NCBI GenBank assembly: GCA_003344405.1
Contig: NOWV01000002.1
Location: 62,001-126,000 of the forward strand
DNA from: Trichoplax sp. H2
Taxonomy: Eukaryota
Direction: 5' to 3'
DNA length: 64,000 nt
Below are positions 28,905-41,675 of the stretch, one piece after another (within the stretch, counting starts at the first letter, position 1; each line of letters opens with the position of its first letter). The notes under the pieces are model-generated. The model was not told the origin of the DNA. It saw only the letters and a list, made by a program, of their open reading frames with translations, and made no database searches. The translations under genes and the position numbers were made by a program.

Positions 28905-29555
28905 TTGCGTATATGATATTGACAGGCCGATGATATTTTCCTGTGAGTAGACTGTCACTCCACTCCGACCCAGGCAGATGGACGTACGGATACCCATTTA
29001 CGTATATTGATTGATACTGACAGGCCGACGTTTTCCTGCGAGTAGACTGTTACTCAACTCCGACCCAGGCTGATGGACGTACGGACACCAACTCAACTAT
29101 ACTGTATCGTAGTTCCGTCGCTTCGACGACTACGACCAGCCATTTATGTACAGTATATTGGATTGATATTGACAGCCCTATGTTTTCCTGTGAGTAGACT
29201 GTCGCTCAACTCCGACCCAGGCAGATGGACGTGCGGACACCCATTTACGTATATTGATTGATATTGACAGGCCGATGTTTTCCTGCGAGTAGACTGTTAC
29301 TCAACTCCGACCCAGGCCGATGGACGTACGGACACCAACTCAACTATAGTTCCGTCGCTTCGACGACTACGACCAGCCATTTACGTACAGTATATTGGAT
29401 TGATATTGACAGGCCTATGTTTTCCTGTGAGTAGATTAACGTATATTGATTGATATTGACAGGCCGATGTTTTCCTGTGGGTAGACTGTCACAGTGTCAC
29501 TCAACCTCAACTTAACTTGACCCAGGCCGATGGACGTGCGGACACCAACTCAAGT
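28877..29555. repeat. Higher-order tandem repeat (~238-bp dimer of ~95-140-bp subunits) in the KIAA1143/IPO4 divergent promoter
   Basis: CGTCGCTTCGACGAC starts at 28877, 29116 and 29353. The subunit GACAGGCCGATGTTTTCCTGYGAGTAGACTGT...CTCCGACCCAGGC-GATGGACGT occurs about 5-6 times. Confidence 0.93.
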
Positions 29556-29801
29556 GTACAGTACACTTCAACAGTACATAGTATTGAACTGGTTGTACAA
29601 TGTACTGTACGCTTATACGGTGCTGTACTGTACAGTACAGTACACTGTAACCGTAGAGGTTATGACAGTATCGCAAACAGCCCTTGAGTATCATATCAAT
29701 CACAAGCTCACGTTGAGCTCCACGCTGTCTTATTACAGCTCCATCAATGCAATCAATGATTCCATACTGTACTGTTAATTGAGGCAGAATTGGATGCGAT
29801 C

Positions 29802-32800
29802 ATGGCCCAAAACGAAGCTGCTAAACTTGAAAATATACTTGGCAGGCTGTTAACACCGGATAATACAGTCATTCAACAGGTTTAAATTGATCTTAACATT
29901 TCGTTCATGATATCATGTTATAAAGAGACTAAATTTAGAAACGTTCTACAAACACAGTCGAGCACGGTATGCATGATTTTCATAGGAAAAAAACTTGTCA
30001 AATTTTAGGGCTAACAGTGAAAGTGAGTGAGTTGATCATTAGCTTTAAGCCTGATAGATGACAGTGTATAAAACTGCAATCGCTATAGTAAACCAATTCT
30101 ATTGAACGGGATACTCACCTAGGACTATAGAAATGAATTAAAATTTCAATTTGAATCGTTTATGCATGAATCGAAAATGAAGTACTTGTAATTTTAGATG
30201 CAGCCGACCCACCCATCATTGAATCTCCTCAATCAGCGATAGTCAACCCGTTGCTTAGCTGAATTGCCAATTTTTAGCTGTATACCCTAGTAACACTATA
30301 AAACGCAAATGGCACTGCAACACGAGCCATTAACCACTAGGTGTGCAGCTGTTACCATGGAACTAAGATCTGATTTGTTCACGTATACTGTACAATGGAT
30401 AAATATGGACGTAGATATACGTATGAACTAAAATTGATTACATCGAAGAGTGTACAATGTACATTTTTGAACCTGATATACCCAAGTTATGACAGTGAAG
30501 GCATTCATCCACTGTATTAAGTGCAGTCATAAATTAGCCATTTTTTCTTCATAGCCACTGTACTGACTGCATAGACACAGTACAGTAGGAGTAGCACAAA
30601 ATTAGAAACCAAATTTACAGTAACATAAGACCTTACACAATACAGCCGATCATTAATAGCTCTAGACGTATAATTAATTTAATCAATCATTTATATACAG
30701 TAAACTATGATGATGAATAATACGGTTCTGCAAGCTTTTGCTATTGATTGTACTGTAATTAGTTCGAGTCATCTTGTTGTAGAAGCTAATGCTAAGGATA
30801 TATTCACTGTAAGATACTAATTATGACCTTCTCAGATTAGTCAAGCAAGTAATAAAGAAATTTTCTAACGCATCTTGGGAAATTATTCTATCATACGAAT
30901 ACTCTATTCTTCTTAGGCTACCGCAGAATTGAAGGAAATCCTTAAATCTCCTGCCGTAATAGGACAACTTGCTTCTTTGTTAACCGTTTCCCAATTTCCA
31001 CAAGTGAGAAATGTTGCTTTTTTCTATCTTTTCATATCTTTACGAAGCAGGAAAACTGTACGATTCTTATCTTTTGACCAATCTTCTGTGACCCACTACA
31101 CATATATAAAAAATCATTAAATCTATTAGCTAATTTATATCTTATAAAGGTTCGACAGTATGCCGCTATCTTACTTAGACGAAAGATATCAAAGTTGTGG
31201 AATAAATTGGATTCTGATTCACGTTTCAGGTAATTTAAACCTAACATGCCCGAATATACCGACGTTAATCGTGCAACAAATTCTGTATGCCTCATCTATT
31301 AAATATAAATCATGCAGTAGACGTGAATGTACCTCTGAACTGGAGAACTTAATAAGCCATCACCAAAAATCATTAAAAAATATTTAACATTTTTGCAAGC
31401 AGAACTCTTATAATATGTTCGTCAATAATAATGGCAATATCATGTTACGTACATTTTGAGTAGCCTCTAAAATATCGCAATTTAAGATCAACGAACGCTA
31501 ACGTTAGAGTAAAGGTGTTTAGAACACTAGTAATTACCTTAATAGATATATGGCGGTATTACATGCTGTCAGTGAAACAATTGATTATACTAGCACACAT
31601 GTTCATATACTCATATAATGCATTAATACTTTTACAATACGTAGGATGAAGCAATTATGTTTACAAGCATTGACACAAGAATCAATGTAAGTCTGAAAAT
31701 GAAATAAATGTAACACTACTGTACTCATATGCTATCTCTAAACGTTGCTGTGTTGATTTAGTATTCCTAATATGAGATATTTACTGCTTGTAAGTAATAT
31801 ATAGACTGTAGACCATAATAAATTATATTATGGTATCAGGTACAATGAAATATCAAGCTCTGGCTAAAAATAGCTCAAGGGTTAATTAATTTTAATTAGT
31901 ACTTACCTTTATTCTCAAATATAGCAAAATCGTTCAACACTCTATCGCCGAAATTGTAAGTTTTTATCGATGATAATGAAATTTCTTCTTCTGCTGTACT
32001 ATAAACCTGTATGTTATCAATTACTCTATTTTACAAATGCCATGTATAAACATACACATTTGCACTATACCTAGATAAGCGTAATTGCAAAATACGACTT
32101 ACCTGAAGGAAATTGGAATGAGTTGATGATCCTTCTTAGTGAGTATACCAAAAGTCCCGATGGAAAGCTAGTAGAAGTAAGGAGTTATTCGACAGTTGAG
32201 ATAACAAAATTTCAGTAGTACATTGATTACTGCGATATTTAACAGTCTACTCTTGAATTTGTCACCTCCAATTAGATTGGAATGCACGTGTTAAAATCTA
32301 TTTCGTCTAATGGTGGAGAAACGGTAATCATAATTTTGAAGCAATATTAATCTTCATTATCATATGAGAATTAAATCATGTCATTAAATCCGGAGTTAAT
32401 TGAAAATAGCAAATTAACCCCCGTCACGTTGATTCTATTACAGCTAAAACCTTATTTGTCGTCACTATTTCCTTTATTTGGTGCTTGCCTAAGTAATACT
32501 GACAACGTCATTATAAGCTCATATGCTTTAGAGTAAGTCGAATACATTTATACTGGCATAGGTCTTCAGCTAATGTTTATCATAAGGCCTTGTATATAGT
32601 AATACCATATTCATTTTTTCAGAGTAATGACCAATATTATGGATTATTTAGGTCCTAATGATATTGTAAGTTTGGCTGCAGATATTTGTTCAGTACTCAA
32701 ACATAGTCATTATTAGTTAAGGATCACATATATGAACTACTATGGCAATATATCTATTCATGAGCTACAGTTATGTTCGACGTATGAAATTCTATTTAAT

Positions 32801-35800
32801 GAATAAGATATCTCTCTAGGCTATCATAAAACCTTTCATTCCCAAAGCCATAGATGTTATAAAGAAACTGTTAACAACTGATGAGGTACAGCACTATAAT
32901 TTTAATATACGGATGAAATTTTGCATGAACTAGCAGAATGATACTAAAATCTTAAATCCATTATCACATAGATCAGAGCTCAAGAAGCTATGGAATTCTT
33001 CGACCAAATAGCAGAGTCTAATATTAACTTGTTAAATTCCAATCTATTAGAAGTTATTCAATTTTGTCTTCAGGTAAAATCTAGATGGTATCCTTTATTG
33101 TCGGTTACTATTACGGTTAAAGTTATTATAAATTACTTTACATATTTCATAAGCGATAGAAATATAGATCTTATTGCCACTATATTAGTACGAATTACTT
33201 CCCCACTTTAGATTGCTCAAAATGATCAATTTGAAGACAGCACACGTTGCAAAGCCTTATCGTTTATAAGTTGGGTAACAACTCTTAAAAAGAAGGTACT
33301 GTTAGATATCTATTCATTCCTAAATGTTTCCATTCCTTCGATTAAAATAAGTTATTTTTAAATGTTTACAGTCGATGTTAAGATTAAACCTGGTTCCAAC
33401 GGTACTGGAAGTGATATTTCCTATATTGTCATCTTCTGCTTCGAGCGATGACACTGATATGGATGATGATGAAAGTGAAAACTCTGTTGTAACGAATGCT
33501 GGACAGGTATATTAATAGTAGCAAACAAGATCCATTACTATGCTACCTTGAATTTCTTATCAAAATACGCGCTTTGCAATCGATAACTACGAAATTTATG
33601 TTTTTATTTGTTACTCACTAGCTTATTGACGTCTTTGCCCTACATCTACCGCCTGAAACGTTCTTCTCTTTCTTAGTAAGTAGCATCTTATCGCTAAATT
33701 CATAAATTGATATAAAATAGATAAATATACGAGAATATTTACGGTGTACATACAGGCTTATCAGAATCTCTACATTTTTTCAGTTTCCTTATATTGATCG
33801 ATACTTCAATAGCCAGGAACCTTTAAAAGTGAAAGCCGCACTTGTTTCTATCGCTGTCGTGGCTGAAGGCTGCAGTGAATATATACGATTCAAGTAAAGG
33901 CTATATATTCATATGTACCCATTCTTGTTTTAATAATCTTTATCACCATATGCTATTAATGTACATTATTTGTATTTTTTATGCCGTAAAAACAACTACT
34001 GTAGATTGTTAGATAGAATGGTTATGTGCATTGGGAAAGGTAAGAATATAAGACTTATATAAATGGTTAATCAATTACCTTATCCTTAAGGTTTACAATA
34101 TTATCAAATTTTAGGTATAGAAAGCCATCATGAGATCGTACAGAACGCTGCATTGTATGCTTTGGGACAATTTGCTATGTATTTACAGGTAAAGTTACCT
34201 AATCAAATCTCTAGTAGCATTCTAATCGTCATAAAAAAATTTCTATTTTTCAATTATTTTTGCAGCCCGATGTAAATAAATATGCACCAAATATACTGCC
34301 ACTACTATTCAATCATTTGGGGAATCTAGTTAAGAAAGCCACTGCTAACAAAACTTTCGCAATCTCACGTGCCTACTATGCGCTTGAACAATTCTGTGAA
34401 CATTTAGGTAAGTAATTGTGGTAATTGTCATGCATACTTAATGAAGAAGTTGATCTAAACAAAATTATTTCCATTAACAGATGCCGATATTAATCCATAT
34501 CTTCAGTCCCTTCTAGAAATGCTTTTAGCGACTTTGAATAATACACAGGTAAACTCACACAATCATACTACAGTAGATCAAGTTCTGAGTTCTGAAATAC
34601 AGGACTGCGAAATACCTCAATGATAGATCAGAAGCGATTTCACATACATCATATAAAACTATAATAATTCTAATAAGAATATACTTTTCTTGATTACATT
34701 ATCGATTTAGATTTCGTTTATTAAAGAATTAGCCATAAGTGCTCTCGGCGCTACAGGTTTTCTACTTAGCTTTTATCTTGAACGAATCATTCATAATACT
34801 AGATTACATGTATTGTACGAATTTGACTGTTACGGAATATTTAAACAATTAAAAAACTTCTCTAAATGTACTTTTTTTTCTCAGTTAATGCTGCCAAAGA
34901 TGCAATTAGACCGTATTTTCAGGGCATTGTGGACATTTTAAAAGTTAGCTAACTGTTACTCTCTTCCTTACGTTATACTTAGTTGCTTATGTATAAATTT
35001 GACCTTCTCATATTTAGCCTTATATCATATTGCACGTGGCCGATTCCGGAGAATGTTTTGACTTAAGACTTCAGGCCATTGGTACGAATACTACTCAACA
35101 AATATTGCTTTAATAAAATCTAATTTGTTCTCTTATAGATGATTTACCAAAAAGCTTATTTTATCGCATTGATTCATTGTAGTAAATGTTTCTATCATAT
35201 GATTGTGTGTTATAAGATACCCTTGGGTGCCTAATTCGGTGCACCAATGAAGAAATTTTGGGCAGCTTTGCCGAAGAGTGTGTCCAATTAGGCCTGGTTA
35301 GATTTTTTTAACTAATAATGCAGTACTACACCGTAATGTATATATGGTCATTCTTACTAATTCTTACCCATAGAATCTTATTAATGAAGTTGATGATCCT
35401 GATTTAAGGCGGTGCATGTAAGCTATGCTTAGTACTCTTTACAGTAAATGTTCATATTCGTCTACCTGATGAGTAATGTCATCTTAACATTTCCGCCTTA
35501 GATACTCACTCATAGCAGCGATCTCAAATCCCACTCCAAATGTTATTCGGAAATACATAAATACAATTGCTATGCGTATGATCTCAAGCATTCAATCACG
35601 CGATGGACTCTTGGTATCTCACTACCAGTACACAATTCTTGATAGTAAAATTTTAATTTAGCTAACATATTCTCAATTGGTTAGATTCCAACTGGTATTG
35701 GAGACGGTCCATTGTCTGGTCTTATAGACTTCGAAGATAACGGTAGTGATGATGACGATGATGATAAGTAAGTAAATAACTTCTGTAAAAGGTATTGGGT

Positions 35801-38600
35801 CTATAGTAATCTTATCTAATTATATTAAATAGGTATTGCGAGGTTTCTAATGCGTTTCTCGCTGAGAAAGAAGATGCGTGCAATTCGATAAGTGAAATTG
35901 CAAAAAACATAGGGTAAGAAGTAATTCTGTATAGCAATTCTATATAGACTTTTATATAGTGTACACCTCACCCTGCATCCCTACAAAAAGTTGACATAGA
36001 TAATAGCAGCTATTTGAATCTTCCTTGGAGTACACGATACTATTACCAATTGAAAAACTGCCACATGATGAATTGATTGATCTATGTCTTTAAATCAGTT
36101 ACGGGGGATTGTTCGTAATATGCTAAATTGCATGATTTGCACAGAGAGTACTTTTTCGAGCTAGCTTTGTTCCCTTTTACACTGTTTTAGAAATATCAAA
36201 AGATTAACATAGTGATATCTAAATTAATCGTAACATTTTATGCTATATGGACTAAGCTACATCTTGCCAATCTTAATTAAATCACTCGATGTTACTAATT
36301 TCAAATAACTGATATTTTTCTAATGACGGACTATTGTCAATGCTATTACAATTTACAGTAATAGCTTCCTCCCCTATCTTGACGAATCATTAATTGAAGT
36401 TAACAAGTTGATAACGGTAGGTCTAAGCTATCTATTATACTCTTATAAATGCAGGACCAAACATTGGCAAACTTGACGATTAGCATCATCTAATGTATTA
36501 TTCACTTAAAAATAATAGTCTGAATGGGAAAATATCCGAAAAGCTGCAGTATCATGTTTAGCCACACTTTGCCGCCTTCTGTATGCCTGTCACCTACAAT
36601 TTAAGAGTGGAAGTGCACCAAGTAAGACTGTACATCAGATAACAAATTTTATCCTAAGATTTGGCATCCGTAACACCAAAATTTAATCTGAATTTTACTT
36701 ACTACAGCGGTTTTTAAGGCGTTGGAGAATTTACTAAACACCGTAATGCAGATAATTGGAGAAGATCCAGATCGAATAGTGGTGATAGCTGCCTTGGCTG
36801 CTGCTGAAGAAATCATGCGTGATTTACGGGAAGACTTTGTAAACCAATGCCCAGAGTTATTTCCTGGATTTATCAGAATAGTAGCAAGAGTCTTAAACAA
36901 TGGTGTTAGTGAATAATTTTTGGAGAATTCTCTTAGATTATTTTCACGTATAAATTGCTGCTATTGTTCAAAATATTTCGTATACGCATAATAATAATAA
37001 AAAAAAATTATTATTAATGTGAATATTATTGATTTATAATTGATTTCGTTACAGGTTGCTTGTCAAGATAATAGCGATAATGGAGATGCAGAAGAAATTG
37101 ATGAAGGCATTGTAAGCGAAAGCGTTAAGCAGTAGTAATGCGTACTACTTGTGTCATAAGAACTCTTTTGATCCGGAAAAAAATTCCACTAAATATATCT
37201 TGCGTTTTGTGTTTTACATTTATATTAGGCGGAGTACGATGGATTGGTGGTAGAACACGCTGGTAATCTATTGCCAATAATTATAAATTTAGTGGGCGGA
37301 GAAAATTTTGCCCCTTCATTTGGTGAAATTTTGTCCTTACTAGTAAAAAGAAATGTAAGCTCAATACTGATGCAGCAATATTTTTAAGAGTTTGCAGTAA
37401 CTCTTATTTATATTTTTGTATATTATATATCAACTGTTTGATAGCGTCCATCCTCTTCAGTATCGGAGCGTTCATTTGTTATAGGAACCTTAGCTGAGGT
37501 TGGTTAATCGATTTTCCATTATTGTAGTTAATATATTAAAGGCTAGCATGATATCAACGTTAATATCAATACCACAATTGTGGAGTAGATGAGTGCTTCA
37601 ATGAGGTCTGCAATAAAACCGTTCGTGAAAGATTTATATCCACTCTTTTTGTCATCAACTGATGACGAAGACGATGATGTTTGCAATAATGCAATTTATG
37701 GATTAGGTTTACTAGCGCAGCATGGTGATCAAGTTATGTACGGGTAGGTTATTATTGTTTTGTTTACCTTCGCCGACTATTGTAAAATAGTCGCAATTAT
37801 CCAACTCTAATGTATAATTGTCCCTTTAATATAGAAACTACATGGATATTTTACAAGCATTATTTCGCGCAGCACCTAAACGAGGCAATAGATGCCGCCA
37901 ACTATTGGATAATATATGTGCTTGTGTTTCCAGACTAATTATAGCAAATGATACACTTGTGCCTATAGATAATGTAAGTTTGCTGTAATTGCTATTCAGC
38001 CATCGTTAACGAGAAGTAGTTAAGCTTAATAATCATAATGTTATTATAATAAAACAATATCTGCTATCTGAATAGGTATTCCCACAAGTTGTATCTAATT
38101 TACCACTAGTAGTGGACAAGGAGGAAAACAAAGTAGTTTTTACAAGTATCCTCAAATTACTAAATGCTGGACATGCTCAGGTATATTCATAACGAATTGT
38201 GAATTTTAGTGCAAATTTTTCTTTTGTCATAAAGGAATATAGGCTTTAATATAATCCGAAATAATTTTTATTACTTATCGGTTAAGGTATTTAGCCATAT
38301 GGACCGTTTAATAGTCATCTTCGCTACGGTATTATCTGACAGCGAAGTCGATGAGGGTAAATAATTGAAAAAATATTATAGTGTTGCTTGTGTTAACGAT
38401 GATTGTGCAGTACTGACTGCAGGAAATGTACTAATTCATATCGTATCTCATTCATGCTATTAGATACTGTCACTATTATCCATCATATTGTAGCTAATGT
38501 GCGTCAGCGCTTTCCTGCCGAGTTTGATAAAGTCGTTGCAACGATGAATGCATCTCAGAAAGCTGCTATGCTAGCTGTTTTTGAAGGAAAATCCAGCTGA
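29802..38600 (+). CDS. IPO4: Importin-4 (karyopherin beta family, HEAT repeats), roughly 38 exons
   Basis: Exon 1 (29802-29879) encodes MAQNEAAKLENILGRLLTPDNTVIQQ, followed by ATAELKEILKSP...PQ|VRQYAAILLRRKI. Later motifs include AALVSIAVVAEGCSEYIR, VQNAALYALGQF, DDPDLRRC, FLAEKEDAC, SERSFVIGTLAE and NNAIYGLGLL. The stop TGA is at 38598-38600. Confidence 0.9.
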
Positions 38601-38991
38601 TTACAGAAGCAACTGTTTTTTCTAACCTAAATAATCGTACTGCGCAAAGCGTGTAAAAATCTTTCTTATTACTGCTTTGAGTCATTAGGCCCATATTTGC
38701 ATAATAATTATTTAACTAAGTCAAATTATTACTGTACTCTACAATTCAATAAAGACTACAATAATTTACTACTCATTATAGATTTATCATCGTAGAAAAT
38801 TTCTCATTATTCCAATCATGATATAGACAATGACCGAATGGCTACAAAAAATAGTTTCTTTGACTGTTAAAGGTTAACTTTTCTATCATAACTTAGTCAT
38901 TATTGATCTACATTATATCTAGTCTTTTTCTAATGGAGTCATACAGAAGGTGTCGTCATTACGTACGTATTGATAGATGCGAATATGCTGT

Positions 38992-39017
38992 CATATACAT
39001 ATACATATACATATACA
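38992..39017. repeat. (CATATA)n microsatellite
   Basis: catatacatatacatatacatataca, about 4.3 units. Confidence 0.8.
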
Positions 39018-41675
39018 GATTAAGAACGTTATTAGACACGATGCTTTTTGATACTCATGACATATTCTGAAAAATGGTACAAGTGATAAATAAATTTATG
39101 TTGCTAGTATGTAAGAAATAGGATTATAAAAGCTAATTACTTTTTGTGTATTGAAGTCCTTAGACACTCTCCTTTTGGATATTCTTTATTATTTGCTAAC
39201 CTTATTTACGTTATTACTTAACTGAAATTTTCGTCCGGATCAATAATCTCTTGCGTGCTAATTTAATTCAAATAATTTTGTAACGCAGTAATTATAATGT
39301 GAATCTGTACCTTTGATACAGTATTATCATTGATGCTACGTATGCTCCTGAATCTATTGCCGCAAATTCTATCCATCTTAGTAAGAAAAGGCCCAGAAAG
39401 TGTAGTAACGTATATCGTATGTTCTACCCTAGTTATCATATATCTGATCATAAAATTTGGAATAGCTATGTAATAAAAATTATATCCGCACTTCCTAATT
39501 ACTGAATATACTTAATAACAGTCAAATTCTATCCTTCTTTCTAACTGTAAACTAACTTTGACAGCTTTCGAGTATAATCGCGTCACCATTTTCGAGGAAG
39601 TTGTACTGTATGCTTTTACGAAACGTTCATGTCCGTTACTGTATTCCTTACCACTTAAAAACTGCAAATTACACATTTATAAGCGTTTCCGAATCTTCTC
39701 ATCCTTCTGTATTAATCGTATAATGTACCAATCTCTCACCTTATTGTATATTTATTAATCTCAGGAAATAACCCGATATTCGAAAGTTGATCAAAATTAC
39801 GGTACTTTTAGTAAAATACAAAATGACTAAGTTCGTTTAGAGCACTATTAGAGAAGTTTAAATGATGAAGTTTTGTATATAGACTTAGATAAGAGATATT
39901 GATCATTCAGTAGATATCGTAATTTATAATAGCTATAGTGAGTAGTAAAAAGGTCAAAATTGATCGATAATTTGTTTCACTGATAGAAAGTACTGCGTTT
40001 GAAGTTCGTAACAGCTCGCTTTCAAATTTTTAGTCACCAATTTATTGCAATGGCTGCACCTCTAATCATGTAATCCATGATAAGCCCCATACAATCCTAT
40101 AGTAAATATATTGATATAAATTATTAATAATAGGTCATTAATCGATTATAATTATTAACCTTGAGTTGCTATCCTTGCTTCCTTCACTGCATCATTGACC
40201 ATATGATTGTAATTTATTTCTTAAAATTTCAACACATTATACCATTATTCCGCTATGTAGGGCGAATTATTTGTGCCCTAACTTCCATATCTACTGAATC
40301 ACTTCTTAGACTAATAGGTACCTGGCATGTACCCTACTAATTAATTAGCGTACAGTAGTTGTGGTGCCTTGAAATCAAAGATAGGCAATAAAATCTTTTA
40401 AACATTAAGCCGATTCAAACACTACTTCGATCTGACTTTGTCGTACTACATGTAGTAATTTATTGCTACCATATTCGGAAGGTTAAATTGTCATAAACTT
40501 TAGGCGCCATTCTGAGGCTAGAAGGGAAATACAGATGTCCAGTAAACTCAATGCTGTCCAAGTCTGTTCCGTAGTTATGCACAAAACAATTATTAATATG
40601 TAAGATACCGCAGTTTACCTAGAGATGTCAATCTGAAGCTTATTACACTACAGAATTTTATACCAGCGGCCTATTTACAACTATTCACCTGATTAGAATA
40701 AATCAGAAGTGAAGTATTGCTACTATGTACGTTTATGTGTAACTATGTAAATATTAGTAAGTATAAGAGTACATGATAGGTAAACAAAGTACAAATTAGT
40801 GATTTCATTGGATTAGTCATCTGCTGATACAGTGTTGCTTTTATTAATAAAGTAAGGTTAACTATAGCATCAATTAAAAAAATAAAAAGTTGGATCATTC
40901 TTCCTTCACATTTTTATATACATAGAGCTAAACGCGTGATCCATCAGTATTACAAACACTGATACGAATAGCATGGGTATAATTCATATTATATCCTGTG
41001 CATAAATGTTAGGACACTGAATAAGGTGTGTATGTGTTTTATTTCGTCTTACAGCCTAGGCAGATCAGTCAATTGCCATTGATGGTGCGGAAGTTATGCT
41101 ATATCAGCTTGGATCATTGGCTACGTGATTGAACCTAATAAAAAGGTAAGCAACTCGTTCGTCCTTCATCTGCAAACAATAGCTTCTAGAAGATAAAATT
41201 TTATTGATTTTAGGGTATCACAAGAGCGGAAAATTCTGTATACGAGTATGTTAAAGCAGTACACACACGATGTGGTAACTACAATTATTGCAGTAAAGGT
41301 GCCAAATTGGCCAATCGTTCAAAGAAATTGATAAAATAGTTAATCTTTCCAAATTAAATTGCAGCGCCCTACTAGCCAAGAAGCCAGTTAAAATACATAA
41401 CACAGCTACTGTAATTGTATTGTATGTAGCGTTGAATTACGCCCGAAAACTAAGTTATTTCCTTCTGTGATTAATTATGTACACAAATAATTGAAATCCA
41501 TTTCACTCAGACATTTGAGTAACTCTGTTTCCAACACATACAATCAAAGATTTGTCAATTGCTATACCGTATTAATAATATTATTATCATTGAATGAAAT
41601 ATAGAAACCAGCTCGGGATATAGAATAGTGCTACAGTATACCATGTTAGGTTTACGAAAATTCTCGAATAATTGC

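Noticed and set aside
28905..28997. N-terminal extension of KIAA1143 in the ORF track (MGIRTSICL...)
   Set aside because: It lies inside the repeat unit, and homology starts at MAGRGRR (28904). It cannot be fully excluded without TSS data.
28877..29555. Repeat array resembling a CRISPR array
   Set aside because: The context is eukaryotic, the intervening sequences are themselves repeated rather than unique spacers, and there are no cas genes.
29073..29778. Plus-strand ORFs beginning MDVRTPTQ
   Set aside because: They are by-products of the tandem repeat and the CAGTA tract.
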